A DNA stretch of 64,000 nt, from positions 24,368,001 through 24,432,000 of the forward strand of contig NC_086097.1 in the NCBI RefSeq assembly GCF_963921235.1, written 5' to 3'. This DNA comes from Mobula hypostoma. Its lineage: Eukaryota. The notes under the pieces are model-generated. The model made no database searches. It worked only from the letters and a program-made list of their open reading frames with translations, and was not told the DNA's origin. Position 1 is the first letter of the stretch; every line of letters begins with the position of its first letter. Both the position numbers and the translations under genes were made by a program. This document shows positions 24,845 to 39,080 of this stretch, piece after piece.

Positions 24845-25960
24845 AACACAAAATAATCTGCAGATGCTGTGATTAAAGTAACACTTTCAGTATGCTGGAT
24901 GAACTCAGCAGGTCGGGCAGCATCAGTCAGAAACGATGAGTCGATGTTTCGGGCCGGAACCCTTCGTCAGGACTGAAGAATGAAAGATGGGGAAGGATTT
25001 GAAGAATGCTTGTAGCTTCAGTTGAAAGACCAGTAATTTGAAAGACAAAGAGGTGGGGGAGGGGAAGCATTGACATCATAGCCCTGAAAACAATGGGTGG
25101 TAGAAGAAGGAGGCAGAACCATGAGGGAGCTGGGGGAGGGGGTAGAGTGAAATAGGGATAGGGGAAGGGAGGGGGAGGGAATTACCAGAAGTTGGAGAAT
25201 TCTATGTTCATACCAAGGGGCTGGAGACTAACTAGACGGTATATGAGGTGTTGCTCCTCCAACCTGAGTTTAGCCTCATCATGGCAGTAGAGGAGGCCAT
25301 GTATGGACATATATGTGAATGGGAATGTGAAGCAGAGTTGAAGTGGGTGACTACCAGGAGATCCTGTCTGTTGTGGCAGACGGAGTGGAGGTGCTCGATG
25401 AAGTGGTCCCCCAATCTGCGTCGGGTTTCACCGATGTAGAGGAGGCCGCACCGGGAGCACCGGATGCAATAGATGACCCCAACAGACTCACAAGTGAAGT
25501 GTTGCCTCACCTGGAAGGACTGTTTGGGGCCCTGAATGGTTGTAAGAGATGAGGTGTAGGGACAGGTGTAGCACTTACGCTTACAGGGATAAGTGCCGGG
25601 TGGGAGATCAGTGGGGATGGACGTGTGGATAAGGGAGTCACGGAGGGATTGATCCCTGCGGAAAGCGGAGAGGGGTGGAGAGGGAAAGATGTGCTTAGTG
25701 ATGGGGTCCTGTTGAAGGTGGCGGAAGTTGCGGAGGATAATGTGCTGGATCCGGAGGCTGGTGGGGTGGTCGGTGAGGACAAGGGGAACTCTGTCCCTGT
25801 TGTGGTGGCGGGAGGATGGGGTGAGGGCCGAAGTGTGGGAAATGGAGGAGATGCGGGTGAGGGCCTTATTGATGACGGCAGAAGGTAAACCACGATCCTT
25901 AAAGAAAGAGGACATTTAAGATGTCCTGGAACAGAAAGCCTCATCCTCAGAGCAGATGCA
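24845..25960 (-). mobile_element. Penelope-like element 3' part: Zn-finger linker, GIY-YIG endonuclease and pLTR
   Basis: ORF 25232..25915(-): PCKRKCYTC, FTCESVGVIYCIRCSRCGLLYIGETRRRLGDHFIEH; pLTR with a hammerhead at 24939-24975. Confidence 0.9.
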
Positions 25961-26529
25961 GATGCATCAATGATGCCCTCACCCGCATCTCCTCTTCTAC
26001 CGTCATCAATGAAAGTGTTACAAGTGAACCTTCCACTCTGGTATCTCCTGCCTGATATAACAGTGAGAAGAGAGCATAGTGTGGGTCTTAGATGATGCAT
26101 CACCTCCCTCTGGTTCCCCTTCTCCTTCCCTTTCTCCCAAGTTCCACTCTCCTGTTAGATTCCTTCTTCTTTACCTCTTCTACCTATCACCTCCCAACTT
26201 CTCCCTTCATCTCTGCTCCTCCACCCACCCACCTTCCTTGTCAAATGGATTCACCTGTCACTTGCTAGCTTGTACTCCTTCCCTTTCCCTCCCCTCCCAC
26301 CTTCTTATTCTGGTTTCGTACTCTTTCCCTTCCAGTCCCGATGAAGGATCTCAGCACGATATATCACCTGTTTCTTCCTTTCCATAGATGTTGCCTGACC
26401 TGCTGATTTCCTCCAGCATTTTGTGTCTGATGCTGTGGGTGAACTTCTAATGATGGTGACTGTGACAACTTTATTTGGACCTTAGCAACCCTGAAAGGGG
26501 CGATTAAGGTGTTCAATGGTAATCTGCAA

Positions 26530-26780
26530 ACTTACAAGGATTTACTTCCACAATGCCTTTCACAACATATCAAAGCAAATTTTTTCAGCCATGGAGGAGG
26601 TGACAGCTTCATTGTAAGGTAGAAAACCCAACGAGCAAGCGACACACAGCAAACTCTCAGCAGCAGCAATGTCCTGATGACCAGACGGTCTCTCTTAGAG
26701 ATGTTGATAAATATAGACCAGGCCAGCAAGGATAACTGCCCTGCTCTGGCTTGCAATCTTTAGCGCTCATCTGAGAGGCA
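26530..26780 (-). mobile_element. Old Deu-domain SINE relic
   Basis: cacacagcaaactctcagcagcagcaatgtcctgatgaccaga...gatgttgataaatatagaccagg...ggataactgccctgctct. Confidence 0.55.
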
Positions 26781-27111
26781 TTAAAATGAAATAGAAAGGA
26801 TCTGGAGTTGGCCATGTGATTTTCCCCCTCAATAAGATCATGAATAGTCTGATTTTGGCTTTCCTGCCTGTTCCCCATCACCATTCGGAATCAGAATCGG
26901 GATTATTATCACTGACATACATGATATTTGTTGTATTGCAGTAGCTGTACATAACAATACTGTAAGTTACAGTAAGTGTAAATAATAAAATAAAGTGGTG
27001 CAAATAGATAGCAAAAATAGAGCTAATTGTTGTGTACTTAGCATTTCAAGTGACAAGAGAGGTTTATTGTCATTTAACCACATACACATGTACATAACTA
27101 CATATAACAAA

Positions 27112-28750
<1,639 letters not shown>

Positions 28751-28764
28751 TATATAACGTATAG

Positions 28765-29125
28765 ATAAGATAGAAGTAGGAAAGTTGTTTCCATTGGTAG
28801 GTGAGACTAGAATTAGGGGACATTGCCTCAAGATCCAGGGGAGAAGATTTAGGACGGAGATGAGGAGAAACTGTTTTTCCCAGAGAGTGGTGAATCTGTG
28901 GAATTCTCTGCCCAGGGAGGCAGTTGAGGCTTCCTCACTAAATATATTTAAGAAACAGTTAGATAGGTTTTTACATAGTAGGGGAATTAAGGGTTATGGG
29001 GAGAAGGCCGGTAGATGGAGCTGAGGTTACGGACGGATCAGCCATGATCTTATTGAATGGCGGGGCAGGCTCGATGGGCCGGATGGCCTACTCCTGCTCC
29101 TATTTTTTATGTTCTTATGTTCTTA
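28765..29125 (+). mobile_element. Young CR1 3' end
   Basis: FPLVGETRIRGHCLKIQGRRFRTEMRRNCFSQRVVNLWNSLP; (ttatgttc)n tail at 29108-29125. Confidence 0.9.
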
Positions 29126-30909
29126 GGCATATAGAAACGAGATAACGTTTCTTCAAACCAGGGTGAAAAACACCTAACACACATAGCACATGATAAGTTA
29201 TGAAGGTAAGAATAAAATCTACAGATGAACCACACATAGATCACAAAGTGAAGTGTATTAATATTAAATATTGTAAGGTACGGAACAGATTATCCGGTGA
29301 CACTTTGAATACGATGAATAAGAAACTGTTTCTCATCTTGACCGTTCTTGTCTTTATGCATCGTAGTCTCCTGCCTGATAGTAGAAAATCAAAGAGGATG
29401 CTGGATGGATGGGTGAGATCCATGGTAATACTAAGGATCCTGCATATGCAGTGTTCCTGATAAATGTCCCTGATGGATGGTGGCTAGACCCCCATGTTCC
29501 TCTCACCTGTTCTCACAGTCCTTTGTAGGGACTTCTGGTCCAATGCTCAACTGCTCTCATACCAGATGGAGATGCAACTTGTCAGGATGTTCTCACTGGT
29601 GCTCCTGTAAAATACAGTTAATATAGATGGTGGGAGCCTTGCTTACCTCAGTCTTCTTAGGAAAGGGAGGCAGTGCTCTGCCACCCTGTTCAGGGAGGTG
29701 ATATTAAGGACTAGGTGAGGTTATCCATGTTGTGAACTCCCAGGAACTTCGTGCACGTAACTCTCTCTACGGATGAACCATGTATTCACTGAGGGGCATG
29801 GCTTATCTGCAGCTCCCTGAAGTCCACAATGATTTCCTTTGTTCTCCTCACACCAATCCTCCAGCCTCTCCATTTCCTCTCTGTACTCCACCTCGACATC
29901 GTTCTGTTTGATGCCACAGCTTGAGCTGGATCCTGCGACACAGTCATGCGTCAGCAGTGTGTACGACAGCGGGCTGAGCACACAGCCTTGGGGAGCGCTA
30001 GTGCTCAGCATAATTGGACGAGAGATGTTGCTGCCCACACGGAATGACCGTGGCCCTTACTGATAAGAGGTCCAGTATCCAATTGCAGAGGGAGATGTTG
30101 AGACCCAGCAAACAGAGTAATATTTGAGTAACATTATAAATATATTGCTTGATTCAGCATTCTTTGTTGTTTAAATAATTTATTATGCGTTATATGTAAA
30201 GTGGTACACATCATTACGCCACCACGTCATAACTGGGTGCCTCACTAGAGTAAAGAATAGAGCAGACATGCTTATCTCCAGCTCTGTGTTTTTCTTTCAA
30301 TTAGTTTTATGTTTTGGAGTTACAAAACATAACAATTGTGTTCACAGTTGGTTCAATGTCCATTCTGAAATCTGATAGCAGAGGGGAAGAAGCTATTGCT
30401 AAAACACTGAGTTTGTGGCCTCAGGCTCCCGCATCTCCGACAGTAGTAACGAGAAGAGAGTGTGGCCCGTGTGGTGGGGATACTTAGTGATGGATGCCGC
30501 CTTTTTCAGTCCTGTGCTTTTGAAACGGTGACTTTACTATAAATCTAAAACTTGTCTCTTCTGTAATTTAATCTTTTCCACAATACTTCCTCACTTCCTG
30601 TAGGTTCCTTTCCGACTGACCTATAGCAAAGGCAACTTACAATTTCCCTGATGGTGGCAATGCTGGTACACAAGGTGGTGAAGAAGGCATTTAGCACACT
30701 TACCTTCAGTGGTCAGGGCACTGAGTTCGAGGGTTGGGACAGTACATCGTAAAGGCATAAGTCATTTGTGAAAGCAGACTTGGAGTATTGTGCTCTGTCT
30801 GATCGCCCGGCTTTAGGAAGGATGTCATGATCAATTCCTGTCAAATGTTACCTCGAATCAAATGCTGGAGACAATTTGCATTATTCTATTAACCTAACAA
30901 CCTGCACAC

Positions 30910-31720
30910 AAAACATAGAACACAAGAGCACAGTACAGGCCCTTGGGCCCATTATGTTGTGCCGACCTTTTAACTTACTATAAGATCAATCTAACCCTTC
31001 CCTCCTTCATAGCCATAAACAGGAGGAATTCTGCAGATGCTGGAAATTCAAGCAACACACATCAAATTTGCTGATGAACGCAGCAGATTTTAAAAAAGAC
31101 CGGCACGGATGAGAGCTGGGATCAAAGGGGGGAGGGGGGAGGCTGGGGGTGGGGGTCTCAGCCCAAAACGTCGACTGTACCTCTTTCTAGAGATGCTGCC
31201 TGGCCTGCTGCATTCACCAGTTAATTTGATGTGTGTTCCTCCCTCATAGCCTCCCATTTTTCTATCATTCATGTGCCCATCAAAAAATCTCATAAATGTC
31301 CCTAATGTGTCTATCTCTATCACATCCCCTGGTAGGGTGTTTCACGCCCCCACCACTCTCTGCATAAAAAACGTACTTCTGATATCCCCCTGCCATACCA
31401 TTTCCTCCAATCATCATAAGATTGTGTCTCCTCACAATATCCATTCTTGTGCTGAGTTGTTGTCCCTGGCTGTCCATCCAATCTATGCCTCTTGTCATCT
31501 TGTACATCTCTATCAAGCCAGCTTTCATCCTCCTTCGCTCTAAAGAAAAAAGCCCCAGCTCACTCAACCTTTCTTCATAAGACATGCTCTCTAATCCAGG
31601 CAGCATCCTGGTAAATCTCTCTGCACCCCGTCCAAAGTTTACTCGTCCTTCCTATAATAAGGCAACCAGAACTGAATGCAATATTCCAAGTGTGGTGTAT
31701 CCAGGGATTTGTAGAGCTGG
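30910..31720 (-). mobile_element. CR1 3' fragment containing a fold-back Penelope pLTR insertion (31015-31237)
   Basis: MLPGLESMSYEERLSELGLFSLERRRM; insert flanked by cctcc(t/c)tcatagcc at 31001-31014 and 31238-31251. Confidence 0.8.
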
Positions 31721-32519
31721 TTTCCTTCTGTATCTTTGGGATTTGGGAGGTATCTGAATAACTAGGTATATTGCCAATATTTTGTAAACAGCTTTGACCA
31801 TTCCTGAATGGTATGTTGTATTTCCATTAAAGTGAAAGTTCACATGACAATTCTGGGAATCCGAAAAAGCGTCACGATATTAAGCTGTACAGATTATATG
31901 CACAGCTATTCATCTTTTGCAGATTGGATGTTTGCCAGTCTTTGTTATGTATAGTATTTCATAAATTCTATTGTATTTTATTTTCCTGCAAATGCCAGCA
32001 AGAAAATGAATCTCAAGGTAGTATATGGTGACATATACATACTGTACTTTGGTAACAAATTTACTTGGAACTTTGAAGGAAATGATGCTCAGAAATACTT
32101 ACCGAAGGTTCTGTCAAGGTATCTTTCTCAGTTTCTTTTCAAAGGTTAGCAGGTTCTTTGAGGTGTATGGTAACATGCAGTTTAAAATGCCAGCAATCAG
32201 CAAATGGGATTTAATTCACGCTGTTGTCTGTAAGGAGCTTGTATGTTCTCCCCTTGACTGCATGGGTTTCCTCTGGGTGCTCTGGCTTCCTCCCACATTC
32301 CCAAGAAGTAGATGTTAGGATTTGTAAGTTGTGGGCATGCTATGTTGTTGCCAGCAGCATGGTGACACTTGCGATATATTTCTATTGCATTTGATGGTAG
32401 AAAAATGCAGGGCTATGTAGGAGGGAGGGTTAGATTGATCTCAGAGTAGGTTAAAAGGTTGGCACAACATTGTGGGCCAGAGGACCTGTACTGTGATAAT
32501 ATGTTCTATGTTCTATATT

Positions 32520-32900
32520 CAGATTTGTTTTTTTGCACCATTCTCTGTAAACTCTAGAGCAGGGGTTCCAAACTTTCTTATGTTATGGACCCGTACCACT
32601 AAGCAAGAGGTCTGTGTACGTCAGCTTGGGAATCCCTGCTCTAGAGACTGCCGTGCATGAAAATCCCAGGAGATCCACAATTTCTGAGATAGTCAAACCA
32701 CCTCGTCTGGCACCAGCAACCATTCCACGGTCAAAGTCACTTCGATCCCATTCTGATGTTTGGTCTGAACAACAACTGAACCTCTTCACCATGTCCTCAT
32801 GCTTTTATGCATTTGAGTTGCTGCCACATGATTGACTGATTAGATATTTGCATTAACGAGCGGATGTACGGATATACCTAATGAAGTGACCAGTGTGTGT
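32520..32900 (-). mobile_element. Tc1-derived non-autonomous fragment (transposase HTH N-terminus plus one TIR)
   Basis: SDFDRGMVAGARRGGLTISEIVDLLGFS; end acctaatgaagtgaccagtgtgtgta; same family as 43412-43837. Confidence 0.75.
32560..32638. mobile_element. 79-bp hAT (Charlie/Buster-like) MITE
   Basis: TIRs caggggttccaaa / ttgggaatccctg; perfect 8-bp TSD ctctagag at 32552-32559 and 32639-32646. Confidence 0.9.
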
Positions 32901-35900
32901 AGGTTTAAGGTGAGAGAGTACTGTGTATGGAATAAGCTGCCAGAGGACATGGTTGAGGGAAATACAACATTCAACAAACACTTAGCTAAATAGTTTGATA
33001 GGACAGTTGAGAGAGATGGGGCAATGTGCAGGCAGATGGGACCAGTGTGGTGGGCAACATGGCCAGCAAGGACCTGCTTGGGCTGAAGGGCCTGTTTCCT
33101 ATGTAGGAAAACCCCACAGTCGTAGGCAGAACTTCAAAACTCCACGCAGATGGAGCCCGAGATCAGAACTGATTGAAGGTTTCTTCCACTGTGAGGCAAC
33201 ATTCATCAACTACATCCTGTGAAACTGCACAGAGATGAGACCGGAACCGCTGCCCTCACTGTCACTTTGAGAGACTGAGCAGTGGCTGTGGCCAGGACTT
33301 GTTTATTCCGCTGCACTTTCCTCCCCATGCTCTCGGGATTGGAGCAATCCCATCACTCTGTTCCACTCTGGGGAAGAGCTGCATTCAGATTTTCTGAACT
33401 ACTGGCATTCTGCACAGTGGCATCAGGTGTCTGGGCAAAGGCACGAAGTTGGAGAATACCGGAGAATTTCATGGCACTAAAATGAAATTGGAAGCTTTGA
33501 AAGAGGAAATGGGCAGAACTCTGAAAGAAATGCTGTAGTTGCTGTTCCCTCGTAGCTGTGCAGTAACTGAAATGCTCCCGCGCATATAGCCTTTGTTGCC
33601 ACGCGGCTGGAATTTACTTGACGTTTAAACATTTAAAGTGCCATGCAGTTTTCAGGCCATGTAAAAATTTCCTGCTCAGAGCACTGGTTGCACCATGCAG
33701 CTGTTTAAAAATAATTAGAGGAAACGTTGGCTGTAGGATTTGTTGGGTTACTCTTCCAAAGAGCCATGGTTGGCCTGGTGAGTCAAGGGGGCTGAATAAT
33801 TCAATAATTCCTTTAACTACTCAGTCATGATTCACGTTTATTATGCACCTCTAATTGTTCTGAAACTGAGCAGCTTGTTAGGCCATTCGAGGTCAAACTA
33901 AACCAGGTATGCTCAACGGATTTCCTTCCTGAAAAGATATTAGTGTGACACACAGATTTTTCAACAATACAAGAGTCATCTCATTATTACTTTTAATATT
34001 TATAACGTAGAACATAGAGCATAAAGCGTAGAACAGTGCGGCGCTGTGTGGGCTCTGCGCTCATGATATTGTGCCAGCCCTTTAACCTGCTCCACAATTA
34101 ATCCAACCCTTCCTCCAAAATAGCCTTTTATAGGGTTCAGGAACAGTTATTATCCTGGACCCATCAGGCTCATGAACCGATGTGGAAAACTTCATTCACC
34201 ACTGCTCTGAACTGATTCTATGACCTACAGAATTATTTTCAAAGACTTTTTTGGAATTCAAGTTTTCAGTTTTATTTTTCCTTGCATAGTTTGTCTTCTT
34301 TTGCACCATGTTTTTTTTTTGTCAGCCTTTGTTGATGTATAGTTTTGCGTAAATTGAATTGTTTTTTTAACTTGTAAATGCCTGCAAGAAAATGAATCTC
34401 AGAATGGTATACGGTCACAAGTTCATATTTTGATAACAAATTTACTTTGTACTTAATACTTAGTTTAGATCATCCATTATTAAATTGGCTTGAAGGGGAA
34501 TGTGGCCTTCATGCTCCGATTTTATTGCACTTTGTTCATTTGTCAGTCTTTGTCCGTTTATATGTAATTTTTCATAAAGCTCTATTGTATTTATTTTTTT
34601 CCCTGTAAATACCTACAATAAAATGAATCTCAAGATAGCATCTGTTAACATATATTTACTTTGATAACAGATCTATTTTGAACTTTGAACTTTTGAGCTT
34701 TGCAGGGACACTGTGTGTGTATTGATTCAAAGTTCAAAGCAAATTCATTATCGAAGTATTTATACCATCGACAAACTTGAGATTCCCTTTCTTGCAGATA
34801 CCGACAGGAAAATAAAGAAATGCGATTGAAACCATGAAAAGCTATACGTAATAAAGGCTGATAAACATCCAATGTGCGTAAGATGTCAAATCGTGCAATA
34901 AAAAATGTAAATAAATAATATTGAGTGCGTGAGTGGCAGAATCTCCGAAACCGAGTCTACTGGCTGTAGAGTCAGAACTTTACACATGGGTGAAGCGGTT
35001 CAGGAGCCTGATGGTTGTAGGGTAACAACTGTTCCTGAACCTGGTGGTGTGGGACCCAAGACTCCTGCATCTCCCGTCCAATGGCATTAGCCAGAAGAGA
35101 GTGAGATGGGTCATATGCAGGTAGATGGTATGGGCTCAGGTGAGGTTCTTGCCTAGCACAGAGTAGTGGGGCTGAACATTGTTTTATTTTCTGCTCTTGG
35201 GCCTCAATGCTTGAAGTCCACCCTGGACATGGCTGAGCTTTGTCTGCTTCAATGTGCCGGACCTGCATTCCCGAGAGATCCTTCAGGAGATTGTAAAATT
35301 GCTAGTATGCTTAGACGGTTCAAATGTACGTTTCTAAAGGGAAATTACAGGTGGATTGCAGTGACTGTACTTCAGAAGAAGTATATCTAGTCATTTTGTG
35401 AGCTGCCCGCAAAACATCACAGGCAGAAACTTTCTGATCCACCGATTAAAATCAAAACTGAAAAACAGCAGATCATGCCAGGCAGCTTCCTCAGAGAGAG
35501 AACAGTAGAGTTCTCACCAATCTTGCCTGAGCAGTGTTTGTTCTCATTTCAGCATCTGCCTTATTTTGCTTTTCAATCCAACAATTACGACTCAGACCTT
35601 CACTGCGAGAGAATTGTTTCTGAGAGCAACACACACAATTTGCTGGAGGATTCAGCAGGTCGGGCAGCATCTATGGTAGAGGATAAACAGTTAACGTTTC
35701 AGGCCAAAACCCTTCATCAAGACTGGAAATGGTCTCAACCTGAAACTCGACTTCTTATTCCTCTCCATAGATGCTGGCTGGCCTGCTGAGTTCCTCCAGC
35801 ATTTTATGTGTGTTAGTCTGTATTTCCAGCATCTTCAGAAGCTCTTGTGTGAATGATTTTTCAGTTTGCGTTTGCTGATATTTGAAGCTTTTGTGTGTTT

Positions 35901-35963
35901 AGTAATGATGGTGACCCGCAATGAATAATTCAGAATAATATTTGTTTTTATTAGGGATCCTCA

Positions 35964-35978
35964 ATTTGCATAACAAAC
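35964..35978 (-). promoter_or_regulatory. Sox-Oct (POU) composite motif
   Basis: Minus strand GTTTGTTATGCAAAT versus the consensus C(A/T)TTGTTATGCAAAT, in a repeat-free island; motif match only. Confidence 0.35.
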
Positions 35979-36457
35979 AGCAGTAATCACTGATCTGTCT
36001 TGGTCAGCAAGGGTTTGAAACCCTTGGGCTAATTAATATTTTAGACTCGAATGTGCATTCTGTCAAGTACTTCTTTTTGCTTTACTTCTGCTTCTTCCCG
36101 CGGTAAAAAAGGATCGGCACAAGTGAACACCTGCTGCGATTAGTTTATAACGATATATATGTTTTCAAAAAAGCTGCTCACTTCTTACAAACAGTCAAAG
36201 TTTAACGAGTGTGCATTGTTTCCACAGCAAGTGTGAGCATCTGTGCCTCCGCGGGTGGCATTGGGTAATGTGCTTGCTGTCAGACTGTAAAGCAGGGTGG
36301 GCGTACTGGCAATCTTCAACAACGGGAACACACCGAGAGCTGCAGAACAAGGGTCTGTTCATTATTAAAGTCCAGCAGAGTGGACACAGAGAGATCATGT
36401 TAACATGGAGTGCAGAACAGTAGAGCACAGGGTGGAGGAGCAGCACCTCATATTCTG

Positions 36458-36864
36458 ACGTACAGACGTTTCATCACCAGTCGAGGTGACATCCTCAGTG
36501 CACAGTTATTGGTGTTTCTCTCTGGCAGTGCTTGTTGATTAGGCCCCCGCTCACTTACCTCGGTTCTGATTGGCTGCTCCTTCAGTTGACCTTTGAACTC
36601 TATTGGCTCATGTTTCTTTGGCTCTTGGGGGTTCATAGATGGCATCTATTTCAATATGCTTGTTTACGGAGTTATCAGAAGAGAACCACTCTTCTAAAAA
36701 TTCTTGTGCCTGCTTCATGTTTGCCTGTGCCAGATCCTCCGTGGTGCCCCAGTTAAAGTGGTGCCCTTCTCGGCCTTCGTGTACGGAGCTCAGCGACAGT
36801 AGATTATGTCTCCATACCGACAGTTTGTGTTTCCATAAACAAGTTGATTGAGAGTATAGGTCCC
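36458..36864 (-). mobile_element. Second Penelope family (Poseidon-like) 3' end
   Basis: ORF 36608..36889(-) LSLSSVHEGREGHHFNW....LAQA..KQAQEFLEEWFS..NSVNKHIEIDAIY resembles a GIY-YIG C-terminus; TSD catattctg at 36449-36457 and 36865-36873. Confidence 0.75.
36460..36503 (-). ncRNA. Minimal type-I hammerhead ribozyme, second family
   Basis: gtgca-CTGAGGA-t-gtcacc-tcgact-ggtgat-GAAACGTC-tgtac: stems I and II pair; GUC cleavage triplet. Confidence 0.75.
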
Positions 36865-37934
36865 CATATTCTGTTTGGGGAGCCTCCAATCTGATGGCAT
36901 GAACATCGATTTCTCTAAATTCTGGTAATTTGTCCCCCCTTCCCTCTTTTCCCGTTTCTCATTCTGGCTCCACGCTTACCTTTTCTCTTCTCTTCACCTG
37001 TCCTTCACCTTGTTCTGGTGCCCTTACTCCTTCTCTTTCTCCCTCCTCCTTCCCTTCCTCCCTCCTCCTTCCCTTCTCTCCTCTCCTATAAAATTCCTTT
37101 TCAACTGTTTATCTTTTCACCTACCACCTCCCAAATTCTTACTTCACACCTCCCCTCCCCATCCAGCTAGCTTCACCTATCACCTTCTAGCTTGTCTTCC
37201 TTCTCTTCCCCCTTCTTTTTCTATTTCTAGTGCTAATGGAGGATCTCAGCCCGAAGCATCAGCACTTTATTCCTCTCCTGACCTGTTGAGTTCCTCCAGC
37301 ATTTTGTGTGTGTTGCCCTGGATATTTGGCATCTGCAGAATTTCTTCTACTTATGATTTGCAGCACAGTACAGGCCCTTCGGCCCACGGTGCTGTGCTGT
37401 TCTTATAGCCTACTCGAAAATTGATCTAACCCATCCCTCTTGCATAGCCCTTCATTTTCCTATCATCCACATGCCCATCTAACAGTCTCTTAAATGATCC
37501 TATTGTATCCGCCTCTACCACCACCCCTGACATGGAGTACCACGAACCCACCACTCTCAGGAAGAAAAAATCTACCTTTTTCATGCCCCCTGTACTTTCT
37601 TCCAATCACCTTAAATATTGTCACCTCATATAGTATTGGCCATTTCCACCCTGGGAGAATGTCTCTGGCTGTCCACTTGATCTATTCCAACCATTTTTCT
37701 ATCATCCATGCACCTACCTAAGAGTTTCATGTACAGGGTCTTCAGCCCACTGTGATGTACCATCCCACCTTTAGTCTGAAGGTTAGTGGTGTGATGGAAA
37801 AATAGGCCCACCAGGTCTTTCAAACCTGTCCCTCTGTTGAGTAAGATCATGGCTGACCCTAGCTGGTCTCACCTCCTCTGCTAGACCAGTAGCCTTCAAA
37901 TCTTTGGCCTTTCAAACATTTACTTAATATTAAC

Positions 37935-39080
37935 ATAGAACAGTATAGGCCCTTCGGCTTATAATGTTGTGCCGACCTTTTAACCTATTGTAAAATCAAT
38001 CTAATTCTTCCCACAGACATAGTCCTCCATTTTTCTATCATCAATGTGCCCATCTAAGAGTCACTTAAATGTCCTTAATGTATCTGCCTCTACCACTAAC
38101 CCTGGAAGTATATTCCTCAAAACCACCACTCTCTGTGCAAAAAGAATTACTTCCAACCTGTGACATCACCCCCCCCCCCCGATACTTTCCTTCAGACACC
38201 ATAAAGTTATGCCCCCCCATATCAGCCATTTTCATTTTGGGAAAATGCTATCCACTCAATCTGTGCCTCTATCCTCTTGGGCACATCTATCAAGTTGCCT
38301 CTCATCCTCCTTCGCTCCAAAGAGAAAAGCCCTAGCTCACTCAACCTATCCTCATAAGGTATACTCTCTAATCCAGGGGTCATCCTAGTAAATCTCCTCT
38401 GCACCATCTCTGAAGCTTCTGCACCCTTCCAACAATCAGACGACTGGAACTGAGCACAATATTCCAAGTGTGGTCTGACCAGGGTTTCACAGATCTGCAA
38501 CCTTACCTCAAGGCTATTAAGCTCAACTCTTCACTTTAAATATGTACAGTGATCTGGCTTTCCCTGGGCAGAGAATTCCAGATGTCTACTCCCCTTTGAG
38601 AGATGGAATTTCTGCACACCTCAGTTTTATTTATGCAGCAATAGTCCCTGAAACACAATTATTTTCTGTGTCTTTAAATGAGCTATCCAGCCCTGCATTT
38701 CTTAAAACTATGAAACACAGGAGCAAAATTATACCATTTGCCTCATCAGATCTGCTCCGCCATCATGGCTGATGTATTATCCCTTTCATACCCATTCTCC
38801 GGCCTTAGCTCTATAACCTTTGAAACCCTTGCTAACCAAGAACATATAAACCACCGCTTTAAGTATACTCAATGACTTGGCCTCCAAAGCTGCCTGTGGC
38901 AATGTATTCCACCGATTCACCACCCTCTGGGTAAAGAAATTCCTCCCCATCTCCGTTCTAAAGGGACGCCCTTGTATACTGAGTCTGTGCCCTCTGGACT
39001 CCCTCACTATAGAAAACATCATCTCCACTTTCAGTCTATCAGGGGCTTTCAACATTCAATAGGTTTCAGTGAGATTCCCC
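37935..39080 (-). mobile_element. Two CR1 3' fragments (~37935-38530 and ~38710-39080)
   Basis: ORFs 38222..38500 (LVRPHLEYCAQF) and 38786..39055 (NFFTQRVVNRWNTLP). Confidence 0.8.

Larger units (their letters stand above)
36430..37355 (+). mobile_element. Penelope 3' end/pLTR of the main family, split by the 36458-36864 insertion
   Basis: agggtggaggagcagcacctcatattctg | ...catattctgtttggggagcctccaatctgatggcatgaacatcgatttctc, then a pyrimidine tract and tail. Confidence 0.75.
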
